DNA of 34,381 nucleotides. Origin: Diploschistes diacapsis (lineage: Eukaryota). A program made the translations under genes and the position numbers. Each line of letters opens with the position of its first letter. Position 1 is the stretch's first letter. The notes beneath the pieces were generated by a model. That model was not told where the DNA came from. It saw only the letters and a program-made list of their open reading frames with translations, and made no database searches. The DNA lies in assembly GCA_023645945.1 (NCBI GenBank), contig JALAIB010000085.1, positions 1 through 34,381 on the forward strand. The letters are read 5' to 3'. Shown piece by piece: positions 1 through 10,935 of this stretch.

Positions 1-380
1 TACGTGTAGTAACTGGAAAAGGAAATATAAGGAATTTAAGGATATTATTGATATAATATTACCGAATATAGATGTTATTATTTAAATATATTTAAAGGAT
101 CCTTTTAACGTCAAAACGATATTTAAATATTTCGGTAATAAAGGTTATAAAAGCCTAAAGATAAAAGAGAATAAAGAAATAATAAAGGTAAAGGAGAATA
201 AAAGAAAGAAAGCCCGTTTAGAATTCAGGCCTAAGGCGAAGCTCCTCGAAGAGGAAGTTGTATCGGATATCTCAGACTTTTTAGAAAGAGTATACGAAGA
301 TGCAATGCAACCGAATTAGGGGGAGTGTGAGAAGGAGCAGGAGCAGGGGGACATGATTAGTCATATAGAATGTATATAAT
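1..380. mobile_element. AT-rich, TpA-enriched degenerate sequence, probably the edge of a RIP-mutated repeat or transposon relic
   Basis: Positions 1-200 are very AT-rich with many TA/TAA/TATA and few CA/TG, unlike the ~50% GC remainder. The bias fades toward ~380. No intact ORF, and the element family cannot be identified. Confidence 0.4.
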
Positions 381-1396
381 CCGCTTACAGACATCTCTTG
401 CAGAGCAATACAATCCTTCTTCTCCACCAATATAACTGACATACTTGATGTCCTTTACTATGAAACTCCAGAGAACTTCCGGACGCCTTTGCTTTGTATT
501 CCTAGGTGTCCCAAAAGACTCGAGCATCTTTGCTGCATGGCTATATTCCCATCATAGCCGTGCAGCGGCAAGTCAGCGCTGCGTTGTGATTTCTTTTCAT
601 CCGATGTGCTTTCGTCGTGGAACGGCCAAACGAAAGCAAGACTCGTGGAGTGCCAGCTAGGGTGTGTCCAGATAATCAGCAACCCTGAGCATGTTCAAAA
701 TCCTTCAGAGCTAAAGGTTTTCCTTCCTTCAACGAGCCTCAGTGTTGTCGAGTATCCCCACGACCTCTGTTACGTAGGTCTGTGGAGGGTGGTGTTAAAA
801 CCCTATCTTTCAATAGCTTGTTTGTGAAGAATTAGTTAGAGATGGCTTTTCCTTTGCTCCAAGATGATGGTACGGGGTTGGTTGTCATAAAAGCCCCTGG
901 CCTACTCGTCGTTGGGCGAAGGCCTTTGTATTAATTTCTCGCTTTCTTCGACGTTCGTTATCTTCGGTTGCAATTCTTCGATCATGCCACCCGTCTAGTG
1001 GCTCCAACTTGGAGAAAAGCTTGATCTGGCGACATCAGCAATCAGGGCGCTCGTTGTGATCTTCAAGGACGAATGACTTCTGATAAGTCTCTCATGCTTC
1101 GACATTACCCGAGGACAAAGCATCGAGTCAGGATCTGTATGCCTTCAATCGATACCTGTTCATAGTGTACTGTGAATAACGACTCGAACTTTGCAAAACT
1201 ATTATGGAATTACTGAGTTGTGTAAAAAGTCCATATCAAGGAATCACATGCCCGCAATGTCAAGCACGTCTATTGCAAGGTATTTCATTGACGATTTGTC
1301 AATTAAGCATGGAAAATCAATCTTTTCTACAACACCTTAAGCATACTTGCTGCACTCATAACATGTGGATGCCAGTTCAATGACCAGCTTTCTAGG

Positions 1397-2364
1397 CTAT
1401 TCAACTCGCATAGCTTCGAACAGAGACATACGAGCATCAGGACCGAGCCAGTCCCAATCCTGGCTTACTATGAAGAACCTCTCCATTTTCCATAAATCAG
1501 CCTTGACCTCCCATTTCGTCCCACTAGCCTTGCTTACCTTTTGCCACATTACCTGCATTGTCTCGTTGTCATGATAAAACATTGACTTTGTAGCATTCTT
1601 CCATTTCGTCTCGAACTCCCTTCCATTTACCCAGCCCACACCGAAGCCAAACATCGTGCTTCCTACCTTCGACAGCGGCACCAGAGCCACTAGCGCGTCA
1701 ACCTGCTCCTGCCAGCTAAACAGATGCAGCACGGCCCCTAAATACAGGATGTCAACGCTTCCTCTTAAAGTTTTCAATGACGAGTCAAGGTCAAAGATAT
1801 CGGCTAGCATAAATTTGGCCTGAAGGGTATCATTGTCTTGGAACAGCTCGTAGCCAAGTTCCCAGAAGCCATCCGCGATATCGCAGCCGTACATATGGGT
1901 ACTGAGCGCGCCGTTCGCCACCATCTTCCGGAGATCCTGGCCCAAACAACAACCGGTATCGAGGAAGGTGGCACCCTTCTTGACGCGTTCAAGTACCTTC
2001 GGGTAGGCAGGCATATAGGTTGAGAAGCAGGGGAGAAAGTTCCATGCCCCTATGCATGGATAAGGGCGAATGTCCCAGGCGCGTTTATGCTGTGGTGCAT
2101 TGTCAGTGGTGTGAACAATCTTCACACTTTAAAGATTGGAGCGAGAGAAATATCCAGTTTTACAAAACCTACAATAGACCGGAGATGAGGAAGCAGCTCA
2201 TCCTCCAGGATTCCAGTATATGTGCTATAGAATTCACGAATCTCTCGGGTCACTCGTGCTCCTGGTTCCTCATCGTACCACTTCACGGAGGTATCCTGGG
2301 TTTCAATGAGGTTGTTTGTGGTTTGCTCGCCAGCACCAGCTGCACTACTCTGTTCATCTGCCAT
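1397..2364 (-). CDS. Class I SAM-dependent methyltransferase, AusD/Trt5/AdrK-like family (~294 aa)
   Basis: Exons 2364-2173 and 2089-1397. The 83-nt intron has GTAGGT...CTGAC...CAG. Family motifs: RAWDIRPYPCIG, FLDTGCCLGQDLRKMV (motif I), LGYELFQD, LHLFSWQEQ. Confidence 0.88.
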
Positions 2365-3097
2365 TTTTGTGTTTTTTTACGTAAGAACTATCTTCAATCT
2401 GTCACCGAGGGCATTTTCCGGCTTTTCGTTTGTTTGCTTAAGTTAATAATCTCATCTTCAGATAGCAATCTATGAAGTGAAGCGGCTGTGCGAACTATAA
2501 GGTGAGTATTCACATTTGTCAAGCTAGCATCATAGCCAGCATCATAGCATGTCCACATCGCTGACTTAATTGCTTTTTATGGAGGGGTCACATCGTCCCT
2601 TTTGACCGCATACACTCATTGCAGGAGCAGAGCAACTCGAATACAATATCGCCCTCACTTACTGACGCGCTTGATGCTTCAAATCTTTTATCGGACAATC
2701 ATGACAAGGTAGCATGGCGAACTTGAAGTCGTTGCTGACTTCAAGTGTGGATGAACCAAACATTGGGGTTCCTGGCATTCCAGATTCCGCGGAACCACAC
2801 CGTGCAGCTACTCTCGGCACACTCCCTAAATATATGTTTCTTATTTAATTGTATTCGCTCTTTATCTGCAAATTCTATTAACCGTCCGAATATGAGTGTA
2901 TATAGGACGTTGCAGCTACGCTACCGCGCTTCCGCGTAACCCTTTCAGAGTACTCCTCCCCAACCATCCTATATCCAATCCATTATCCTCTTGTGACTAC
3001 GGAGTACTCCTCGACACACCAGCCAGCTTATAATCTAGGAAAGCTATCCGAGTGTTTACTACACCAGATACCTTTCCCTGCTCTCAACTCCAGGAAG

Positions 3098-5644
3098 ATG
3101 CTCTCGTCTGTTCTGAAGAGCACCTACCTACAATACAAAGAGGACACAGATGCTGTAGCCTCATGGCTGGCAACAACCGCGAAAGCGTGCGGCTACGCAG
3201 TTGATCTCTTAGTCAATAGGGACGAGAATAAGACCAAGCCACCTGTTTCCGGCCGGCTCAAAGGTAAAGCACGAAAAGCAGCCCGGGAAGCGGCCAAGGA
3301 TGCTGGCACAACGAACAGCCCCCATGCTCCGAAACCTCCAACCTACACCATAGCCGTCAAAGACTTTGTGAGCTTGGCCGAGTGGATCGTGGGCCGTCCT
3401 AAGCCCTCGGTTCAAGTTCCAGCTCGATTTGTCAGTGCCATCAACCGAGCCATTTCCGTCCGGCAAAGACATGGAAAGGAGCTCTCTGGTAAAGACGAAA
3501 AGTCCGACAAACGCCACAATTTCTTCGTTGGCATACTGGAGCAAGTTCGCGACATTCTACGTCCAACGATGTCTCGTGATGCTGCCGAGCTTTTGGAGGA
3601 AAACGTCGACGCCAAAGCAACGCCACTGAATAGATTTGAAGGTCTGGAGGTTGAGGAGCCGTCGAAGGAGCTCTTACAAGCTCCGAATATCTCCTCAGGG
3701 ACTGGGAAGCAGGCTGTAGAAGAGCATTACGAAGCAGAGCGAGACAGTCGTACTGAGGCTTTTGTTGCCCTGAGACTGATCTTGGAGGATTGTAATAGAT
3801 TCCGAACGACAATCTCCGAGAGCTGGGATGGCTACCATTTAGGGATTTTTGATCTTGTGTCTGTGTCGCTCATGACAAATACTGCTATTGATCTCGCTCG
3901 TCGGCTGGAAGAGGACGCGGCGCCTCTGTTCAACAAATATGGAGGCTCAGAGCAGTTGCTTCAGGAGTACTACCTAGCCACATGCCATGTTTGCGGGGAG
4001 GAAGAATCGGCGAGGGAGCAACCAGATGACGAGATGAACTTCCGCATGTACGATGCTGCCGAAACTTTGTTCGTCCCTACATATATGCTTCTGGAGGCCT
4101 TTATGCGCGTGGTCGAGCCGGGCCACGCGCCCATTATGAAGCCGGGGTACTTCGGAACCTACGATGCCACCAGTGACCGGTCCAGGAAAAATGCCCGAGA
4201 AAAGTTCAAAGAAGACAAAGCAATGCTATGCGGAATCCTGCCGGATTTCTACCTAACTGTTCAGGGGCCGCCGAAGACAATGATTGCCGAAGACGAGCTT
4301 ACCCGAGGCCTGAGAGACGCGTTCCGGACGAAGGAGCTTCCACTATGGTTGATATTCGCAACCCAGGTTTACGTCGACATTCATCATGTTTTGCGAGGGT
4401 ATGTGTCGAATGGTATCAGCGATCTTCAGAAGACTGGGAAGTATCTCTATGATTCTATCGATCAAATTTTCAAGTTCCACGCTTCACTTCGGATCGAAAA
4501 TTGGCCGCGTTCGAATGATCTAGTATTCAAGCAATTACAGGAGGATATCGACAGACTCGTCATGAACGACCCCCTTTTCAAAAGAAAACAAGACATGGGC
4601 TTACCACCACAGTTGGTCGGTGCTCCCCACCAATTGATGTCATCCCATCCCCTCCGCTGCGGCCTGCATGCATACTATCTGAAGATCATGCACCAAGAGA
4701 TCAGCATCGCATTCGTAAACGCCTGGGGCTCGATTATCTACACCTACCAACTCTACAACGCCGTGCGCCAAGAGGAGCTCATCCAGCGCGAATGGCAGGA
4801 CATGGCCATCCTCATGTCGATGCAAGACAGCATCTTCGCCGGCGACAGCCCCTCCACCTTCGACGCCTACCTAAAGTGGTTCTCCCTCAGCATCGGCGTT
4901 TCCGCTACTGTCTTCGCCAAGGACAAGCGCAAGTCCTCCCGGTCCACGGTGGCCGCGTCCAAAACCGGTCCGAGGGGAATGCTCAAGGAACAAGCCCCCG
5001 TGGCCCAGATGTTCAAGAGCCGCTACTGCAGCGACTCGGCGCGCGTCGATCTCACGGAGCAGGATCTGCAAAAGATCGTCTCGAAAGCGGTCTGGAAACA
5101 GGACGCAGAAAGTGCCGTCCTGGCCGAGTTGGGCATTCTCTCCCTCGCCCGAGAATCCAAGGGCGAGGAACCCGTGAACTCTCCGCCGGCCACGGACCCA
5201 GACGCGGCAACAGCGGCCCGGCCCCTCCGCCCCACAGCCGTCCACCTCCTCGAGAGCATGCGCAACACCCTGTCCAGCGAGCGCTTGGAGCTCGACTTCG
5301 ACTACCTCCTGCTGCACCGCATGTGCTGGCGTCTGCTGCGCTCTGTCCAGGAGAAGTGCGATGCGCAGCTGAAGGACATGTTCGGGCCCGGGTACCTGGA
5401 GAGGGAGAGCCAGCTGCCGTTCGTGGTGGGGTATATCTTCATGGGCGCGACGCGGACGAAGAGGCTGGGGGCCATGCTGGTGAAGAAGAAGTCAGACGTT
5501 GTGTCGAGTAAGTTGCTTGAACAAGCGGCGGGGGTGATGGACGGGTATCTGGAGAGTTGTGGTGGGTTTGTGGCGAGGATTATGCGGGAGCTGAGGGGGG
5601 TGGAGATTGTGATTGAGGGCAGTGATGCGCAAGGACGGGGTTGA
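3098..5644 (+). CDS. DUF6604-domain protein (~848 aa, intronless)
   Basis: Long ORF with first ATG at 3098. The N-terminus STYLQYKEDTDAVASWLATTAKACGY, plus INRAISVR, HNFFVGILEQVRDILRP and NRFEGLEVEEPS, matches recalled fungal DUF6604 proteins. Confidence 0.8.
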   Translation: MLSSVLKSTYLQYKEDTDAVASWLATTAKACGYAVDLLVNRDENKTKPPVSGRLKGKARKAAREAAKDAGTTNSPHAPKPPTYTIAVKDFVSLAEWIVGRPKPSVQVPARFVSAINRAISVRQRHGKELSGKDEKSDKRHNFFVGILEQVRDILRPTMSRDAAELLEENVDAKATPLNRFEGLEVEEPSKELLQAPNISSGTGKQAVEEHYEAERDSRTEAFVALRLILEDCNRFRTTISESWDGYHLGIFDLVSVSLMTNTAIDLARRLEEDAAPLFNKYGGSEQLLQEYYLATCHVCGEEESAREQPDDEMNFRMYDAAETLFVPTYMLLEAFMRVVEPGHAPIMKPGYFGTYDATSDRSRKNAREKFKEDKAMLCGILPDFYLTVQGPPKTMIAEDELTRGLRDAFRTKELPLWLIFATQVYVDIHHVLRGYVSNGISDLQKTGKYLYDSIDQIFKFHASLRIENWPRSNDLVFKQLQEDIDRLVMNDPLFKRKQDMGLPPQLVGAPHQLMSSHPLRCGLHAYYLKIMHQEISIAFVNAWGSIIYTYQLYNAVRQEELIQREWQDMAILMSMQDSIFAGDSPSTFDAYLKWFSLSIGVSATVFAKDKRKSSRSTVAASKTGPRGMLKEQAPVAQMFKSRYCSDSARVDLTEQDLQKIVSKAVWKQDAESAVLAELGILSLARESKGEEPVNSPPATDPDAATAARPLRPTAVHLLESMRNTLSSERLELDFDYLLLHRMCWRLLRSVQEKCDAQLKDMFGPGYLERESQLPFVVGYIFMGATRTKRLGAMLVKKKSDVVSSKLLEQAAGVMDGYLESCGGFVARIMRELRGVEIVIEGSDAQGRG

Positions 5645-6817
5645 TGGTTGAAGTATGGTGTTTGGAGGTTGGTGGGAGTTGGAAGCACTGGAGATTGTTA
5701 TACTATAGAGGATAGGAGCGCCCGTCATACCTTCCAACACTTACCGTTCAATCATCCAAAGCCCTTCCGAAGATGTTCGCCATCGCACCATTGCTACTAA
5801 GGCACCTTATTGCCACCCGCCCAAACACCCATGGAGTCCTCCCACCACCACTCTTCAACAAAATTTCAACAACCAAGCAACTCCAACTCTGCAGGCAATC
5901 TTATGAGCCGTCTGTCATGACATCCGACTCTACCAACATTCGAACCTCACCCACCCATCCACCTACGAAGTCGTCCAATAAACCCTTTACTTAGATCACC
6001 GCATAACCCCCCACCGCGCCGCTTTTAGTTCGTGCCGTAGATATGCCACAAAAACATCTTGATATCACTAGATCCACGAGATGGAACCTCCGGCTCCAGC
6101 CCCAAACATGCAAAACACAGCCAAGAATTGCGGAACGGGGGGGTCGGACGGGGAAATTTTGGCTGGAGAAAACAGAGATGAATGCCCGTCGCATAACCCA
6201 GAAACGCGTTGCTGTTCAATTGATGAATACTATTCTGCCGTGGGAGGGGCGATCTCCTGACTTGCCCCTGGCGGATTGGGGTTGGTGGTTCGGTAATGCG
6301 TGCTGGGTTTAGGTTCTTAGCTTGCGGGCTATGATAGCGGGTTCGCAAAGGCTTTTGGACTTCAAGAACTTCGCTTGCTTGCGTAAAGAACGGAGAAGAA
6401 AATCAAAATGCATCAATCTTGCAAAAGTCACCACTGCTGAAGGAAGAATTATGAGATAAGTATCAACAGTTCCAGTCAACTAAAAAAAAAACCGAAATAT
6501 TATCGACCCGAGACGAATAACCAAGAGCGCCAGGGGTATATGTACGAGAAGTCCAGAATGGTTTTCCCAAACCTCATCTAGCAAAGCGCAGATCAGAGAC
6601 CAACGCATTCGCTAGAACAATCCTGCGCTGCAAAGCTCCCATCCCTCGCGATCGGGCCTGTGAAAAAGGTCCGCTGGACTTTTCACGATACTCGCCTCCC
6701 TCGTTTTTCCAACTCCGGCGCCAGCGACGCTAGCATCAAGTACCTTCCCTCGTCCGCGTATCCAATCCGAAGGTTCCCCACCTACCAAGTCCGATGGAAA
6801 AACCCAACCACCATCCT

Positions 6818-9742
6818 CTACTCCAGCAACCGACTGATATCCCCCATCCTCGCATCCCTGCCCTTCCTCTTGTTCTCCGTTTCTTTAAATGCCGCGAGCA
6901 TCAGCTTCCTCTTCTCCTCCTGGATGCTCAAAACCCTCTCCTCGATGCTCTCCTCCATCACCAGCCTCCAAACCGTGCAGTCCCTCTTTTGGCCTAGCCG
7001 GTGCACCCGGTCCACCGCCTGGTCTTCGATCGCGGGCGCCCACCAGCTGTCCGAGAGCACGACGGTGTTGGCCGCCACTAGGTTGAGCCCGACGGCGCAG
7101 ACGCCCAGCGACGCCAGCATGATGCTCGTGTCCGGGTCCGAGGAGATGGTTGATAGCGCGGCGTCGCGGGCCGCCGCGTTCATGGTGCCGTCGAGCCGCG
7201 TGTACTTGTAGCCGGCCTCGCGCAGGTGCGGCTCGAGCAGTGAGAGGAAGCGCGTCCACTGAGAGAAGACGATAATCTTTGGGTTCGGCTGCTTGTGCGT
7301 GGCCGCGAGGATCGACATGAGGGCCTCGACCTTGCTGCTGCTGGTATCGGGGTCGATGACTTGCTCGGGAAAGTCGCCTGCGTCGGCCTCGCCCAGGCCC
7401 GCGGCGGGCTCGACGAGCTTTGATTCGTCCTCTAGTGGGGCACGGCACATGGGGCACTTTGACTGAGTTTCGATGACGCGGGTGATGCAGGACTTACCGA
7501 AGACGTGCGCGCAGTGAGTTATCACCGGTTCGTGGCCAGTCAGGTCTTCCAGGCAAATGGGGCAGTCCTCGCGCGACTCGATGCTCAGTTGGAGCATGTC
7601 TTGCAGGCCCTTGCGATTCTCTGGCGTGAGCTCGACAGTCGCCTGATGCTCCAGGGCTTCCATAAGCTTAGCCATGCGCTCCGGACAGAGCTGCCAGTGG
7701 TTGCAGATTTGGCGGAGGCGGAGTAGAACTTCGAGAAGGTTATTGTAGGCTTCCTGGGCTCTGCGGCCTCGGCCTGCCTCACTGCGCATTTGATACTCTC
7801 TCAGCATACCCTGAGCCTCGGCTTGAAGGGCAAGGTAGCGCTCTCGCTCGGGCTTGAGGAATTGGATGCGGTGAATGTATTCGTTGATTGCAGGTAGCCG
7901 TAGATCGATAAAAGGCATCTCCTTCTTGCGGCGGAGGCACAGCGTTGTCATAATCGCTTGAAGAAGGACGGTGGCTCTCTCGTTGTAACGTTGCATGGGA
8001 CGCATGAGTACCTGGCTGAAAACATCCAGACGCTCCAAACCTCCGGTGATGCCAATGAAACGAAGGAGTGAGTAGAGGTCTTTGAGGTTGTTGATGATTG
8101 GTGTGCCGGTGAGAGCCCAGCGCGAGCGTGCCATCAGGCTTGTTGCCGCCAAAGCACCTTTTGTACTAGGGTTGCGGATGCTGTGGCCCTCGTCAAGGAC
8201 TACACGGCGCCAGTCGATTGAGAACAGCCCAGAAGGTCTCGGTATTGGAGCAGGCTTCGCGCCCTTCGCTTTGGACTGGGGCATGTACTCAGCAGATAGT
8301 GTTCCTACAACCGTTAGGCAACGCTATAGTAAGGGTTTGAGGAAACGCTTACCATAGGTAGTTATTACCACATCGATCTGGTGCTCTGTAATATATTGAG
8401 AATTAATCTGCTGCTTGTTGGGACCATGGTAGGTGAGGATCTTCAATGGGTATTTTGCATCCACATGTTGAGCAGCCTAAGAAGAGATTAGAGGGTAATA
8501 GAGAATTACTATATGATCTCATACCTGACCGCTCCAGTTACTCATAACGCTCAGAGGCGCGACAATAAGCGTCGCTCTCTGACCACTGCTTTGGATATTA
8601 AATCGCTCCATATCGGCGACAATAAGAGAGATGATCTCGAGAGTCTTGCCTAACCCCATGTCATCCGCAAGGATTCCACCAGAAGCAAGCGTGGGTTCTT
8701 CGTGTTGGATGGAATAATTCGTTGCAATATTCGTGAATACCCGCTTATCGGTCGGCGACCTCTTCCAAAGTTGGACGATGCTGCTGTCGCCTTCAGCTGG
8801 AAGCTTGAGATTCTCCTTGTCGAGCAGCCATGCCAAAGCCTGAAGCTGATACGGAAGCATCTCAGTTGCGATCCTCTTTGGCTGGTCTGCTTTTGGTAAA
8901 TGTTCAAGATCCTTTTCATTGGCACCAAATTTGTCGGAATCTTGCCCTATCTCTCTGGGATTGAAAACCTGACTTCCTGCCATGATATCCGCCATCGTGG
9001 GGCCTTCTTGCGGATTCTGTGCATCAGCAGGACCCAGGCCAGCTTTAAATTGCTGATTGCTAGATCCAGACGCCCCAACATACCATTGGGCGACCTGCGC
9101 TAGTTCTGTCTTTTGACGTCTTTGTTCTTCCTGCTCCTTTCTCTGAAGCAACTGCATGGGTAGTTTGTCCCTTTGCATCATGTCTTTCAGCATTTCTCTC
9201 CCGTATCGCTCACTTGTGCCGTAGAGGCCGAGTTCGATCGGAACATCAAATTCGCCCCGCTCTCCAGCGAGTTGGGCGTCGACAACCAAAAGACCCTGAT
9301 CAAGGTATTTGGCCAATTTGGCTGCAACTTGACGTGGTATGTGACCAACCTGTTGTCGACGCACATTGTCCACCCTGATTGCATTGCGGTCGTAGGGATT
9401 CCTTGGTTCCCTGACGAGGCTAACAAATTCACTCTGCGTCGCGATGCCATTGTAATATCTGATGCCGACTACTTTAGTAGGCAAACTTCCATATTTTTCA
9501 TATGTTTCAAACGCTTGATATGCATTGCCATCGTCCTGCGTAGACATTATCAGCTGGTCAGCTTCGTCATCGTCGAGCTCTAGGTATTCGCCACTATTTA
9601 ACGTCTGGGTAGGCTGCGATGTCTGGCTGTGGTAGCCAGAGTCCTGAGTGAGCCGAGCGGTTTTGCTTGGGCGGGAATCCTCGTCGTCGCTGACCGTGAG
9701 GTCGATGTCCACACGCTCTTTGCCCTGCGGTCTTTTTGCCAT
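6818..9742 (-). CDS. Rad5/HLTF-like SNF2-family DNA translocase with HIRAN and RING domains (~942 aa)
   Basis: Exons 9742-8525, 8476-8353, 8304-6818, with two 48-nt introns. HIRAN: VVGIRYY...REPRNPYDRNAIRV...VGHIP. Walker A region GGILADDMGLGKT. RRVVLDEGH. RING CPIC...CAH...CPMC. HELICc VFSQW...QAVDRVHRLGQ. An alternative in-frame ATG lies at 9811. Confidence 0.93.
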
Positions 9743-9834
9743 TGCGTTGTAAGCGCCAGAGATGCGATGCTGTCGACGTTGTGAGCGTTTCCATGGAAGT
9801 GAACGCCCCATGCTGGTGTTGAGCTGAGGTTGTC

Positions 9835-9910
9835 CTAATAAATAGAAAATAGACAATCTCGGATAGCCGCGGCGGAGATTAGATTAGATTAGATAAGGGG
9901 AAATACTCAC
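9835..9910 (-). other. Predicted 5'-leader intron of the Rad5/HLTF-like gene
   Basis: Minus strand: GTGAGT donor at 9910, tandem CTAAT branch-like repeats, pyrimidine-rich tract, TAG acceptor at 9835; 76 nt. Confidence 0.55.
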
Positions 9911-10935
9911 TGTCGCGACTTCACATGACTTTTCTTGGCAGCATGTTCATTGAGCTTCAGGTAATTCAAATCTCATTCTATTCGTCTTATATAGATGTGA
10001 AAACATCTGGATAGCTTTCTTGACACCCACTCAGCATTTACGATTCTAATTCCTAGCCGCATTGACTGGGCGCCTGGCTGTCAGTTCTGGCCAATTGAGG
10101 AGCACTCAAGAGCACTCTGGAGCCCTTGGATGCTCGGGTCTTTGTATATACTATTTCAATGGCTGGCTTCTAGTGATAGTTAAAGCTCGTCAGTAGGCTT
10201 CAAATGCTATTTTCTATGCTCATAGAAAGTAAGTGAGCCGCATACGTCAAAGCACTTCCAGAATGCTCAATCTAGTAAGGGGTGTTGCTTTCCCCGCACT
10301 CGATTGGTTCTCGACTTAGATACATGTATCTACTATGCTCCCCCCAGTCCGCTCTCTACTCCTTTGTACACAGCTTCAACATCCGAGCTTCTCCTCCCAC
10401 TTTTGCCTAAGCATTTTCGTCGGTTGTCTAAGCTCGTTCATCTACTTTGCTTTTGACTAGGAATTGTGCAGTTAAGGATTGATAGTAGTGCTCGGATAGC
10501 TCATCTGAAGCCCTTCATCGGTACAAATCTCTAGCTACATGTACGACTGAAGTGTCCCACATTCAACGACTGTTGCCCTGAGTTTCGCCTTCTACTAGAT
10601 CTCCTTGTTGGGCCGTAACATCGTTAGTGCATTGAAAAACGTTCTGGTCTGCTGCGGCTCTGCAACGTGGGCGCAAATTCCACCTTTACTCGTTCAAACT
10701 GTCGTCCACGCGATCCCGCCGGTGGACGGTTGTCAACGCTCAGCTGGTCTTTTGCGTGGCATTCCTGTTCGCCCTAGCTTTCCAGTTTCTGTATCAGCCA
10801 GGGCGCTTTTCAATTCCCTTGCCAGTACATCAGCAGCAGCCTCAGCAAGCTACAATTGTACGGAAAGTCAAAGCTCCAGTGTGCCCCAACGAGCACGTTC
10901 TCTTAGAGAGCCAGCCAGTTTCAAGGCCGGAACAG

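Noticed and set aside
458..985. Possible degraded minus-strand ORF starting MIEELQPKITNVEESEK, in frame with ORF 458-682
   Set aside because: Five stops in about 100 codons is what random sequence gives, and no recognisable domain is present. A tBLASTx search would be needed.
2993..3097. GTG-started 35-aa extension of the DUF6604 ORF
   Set aside because: Short, with no targeting or TM character. Family-like sequence starts at ATG 3098.
5773..6348. Small ORFs, including a 59-aa Cys-containing frame at 6081-6260
   Set aside because: No signal peptide, convincing splice model or known motif; lies between convergent 3' ends.
4792..7457. Long alternative-frame and antisense ORFs over the DUF6604 and Rad5-like 3' ends
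   Set aside because: Shadow ORFs caused by high GC3 in real genes.
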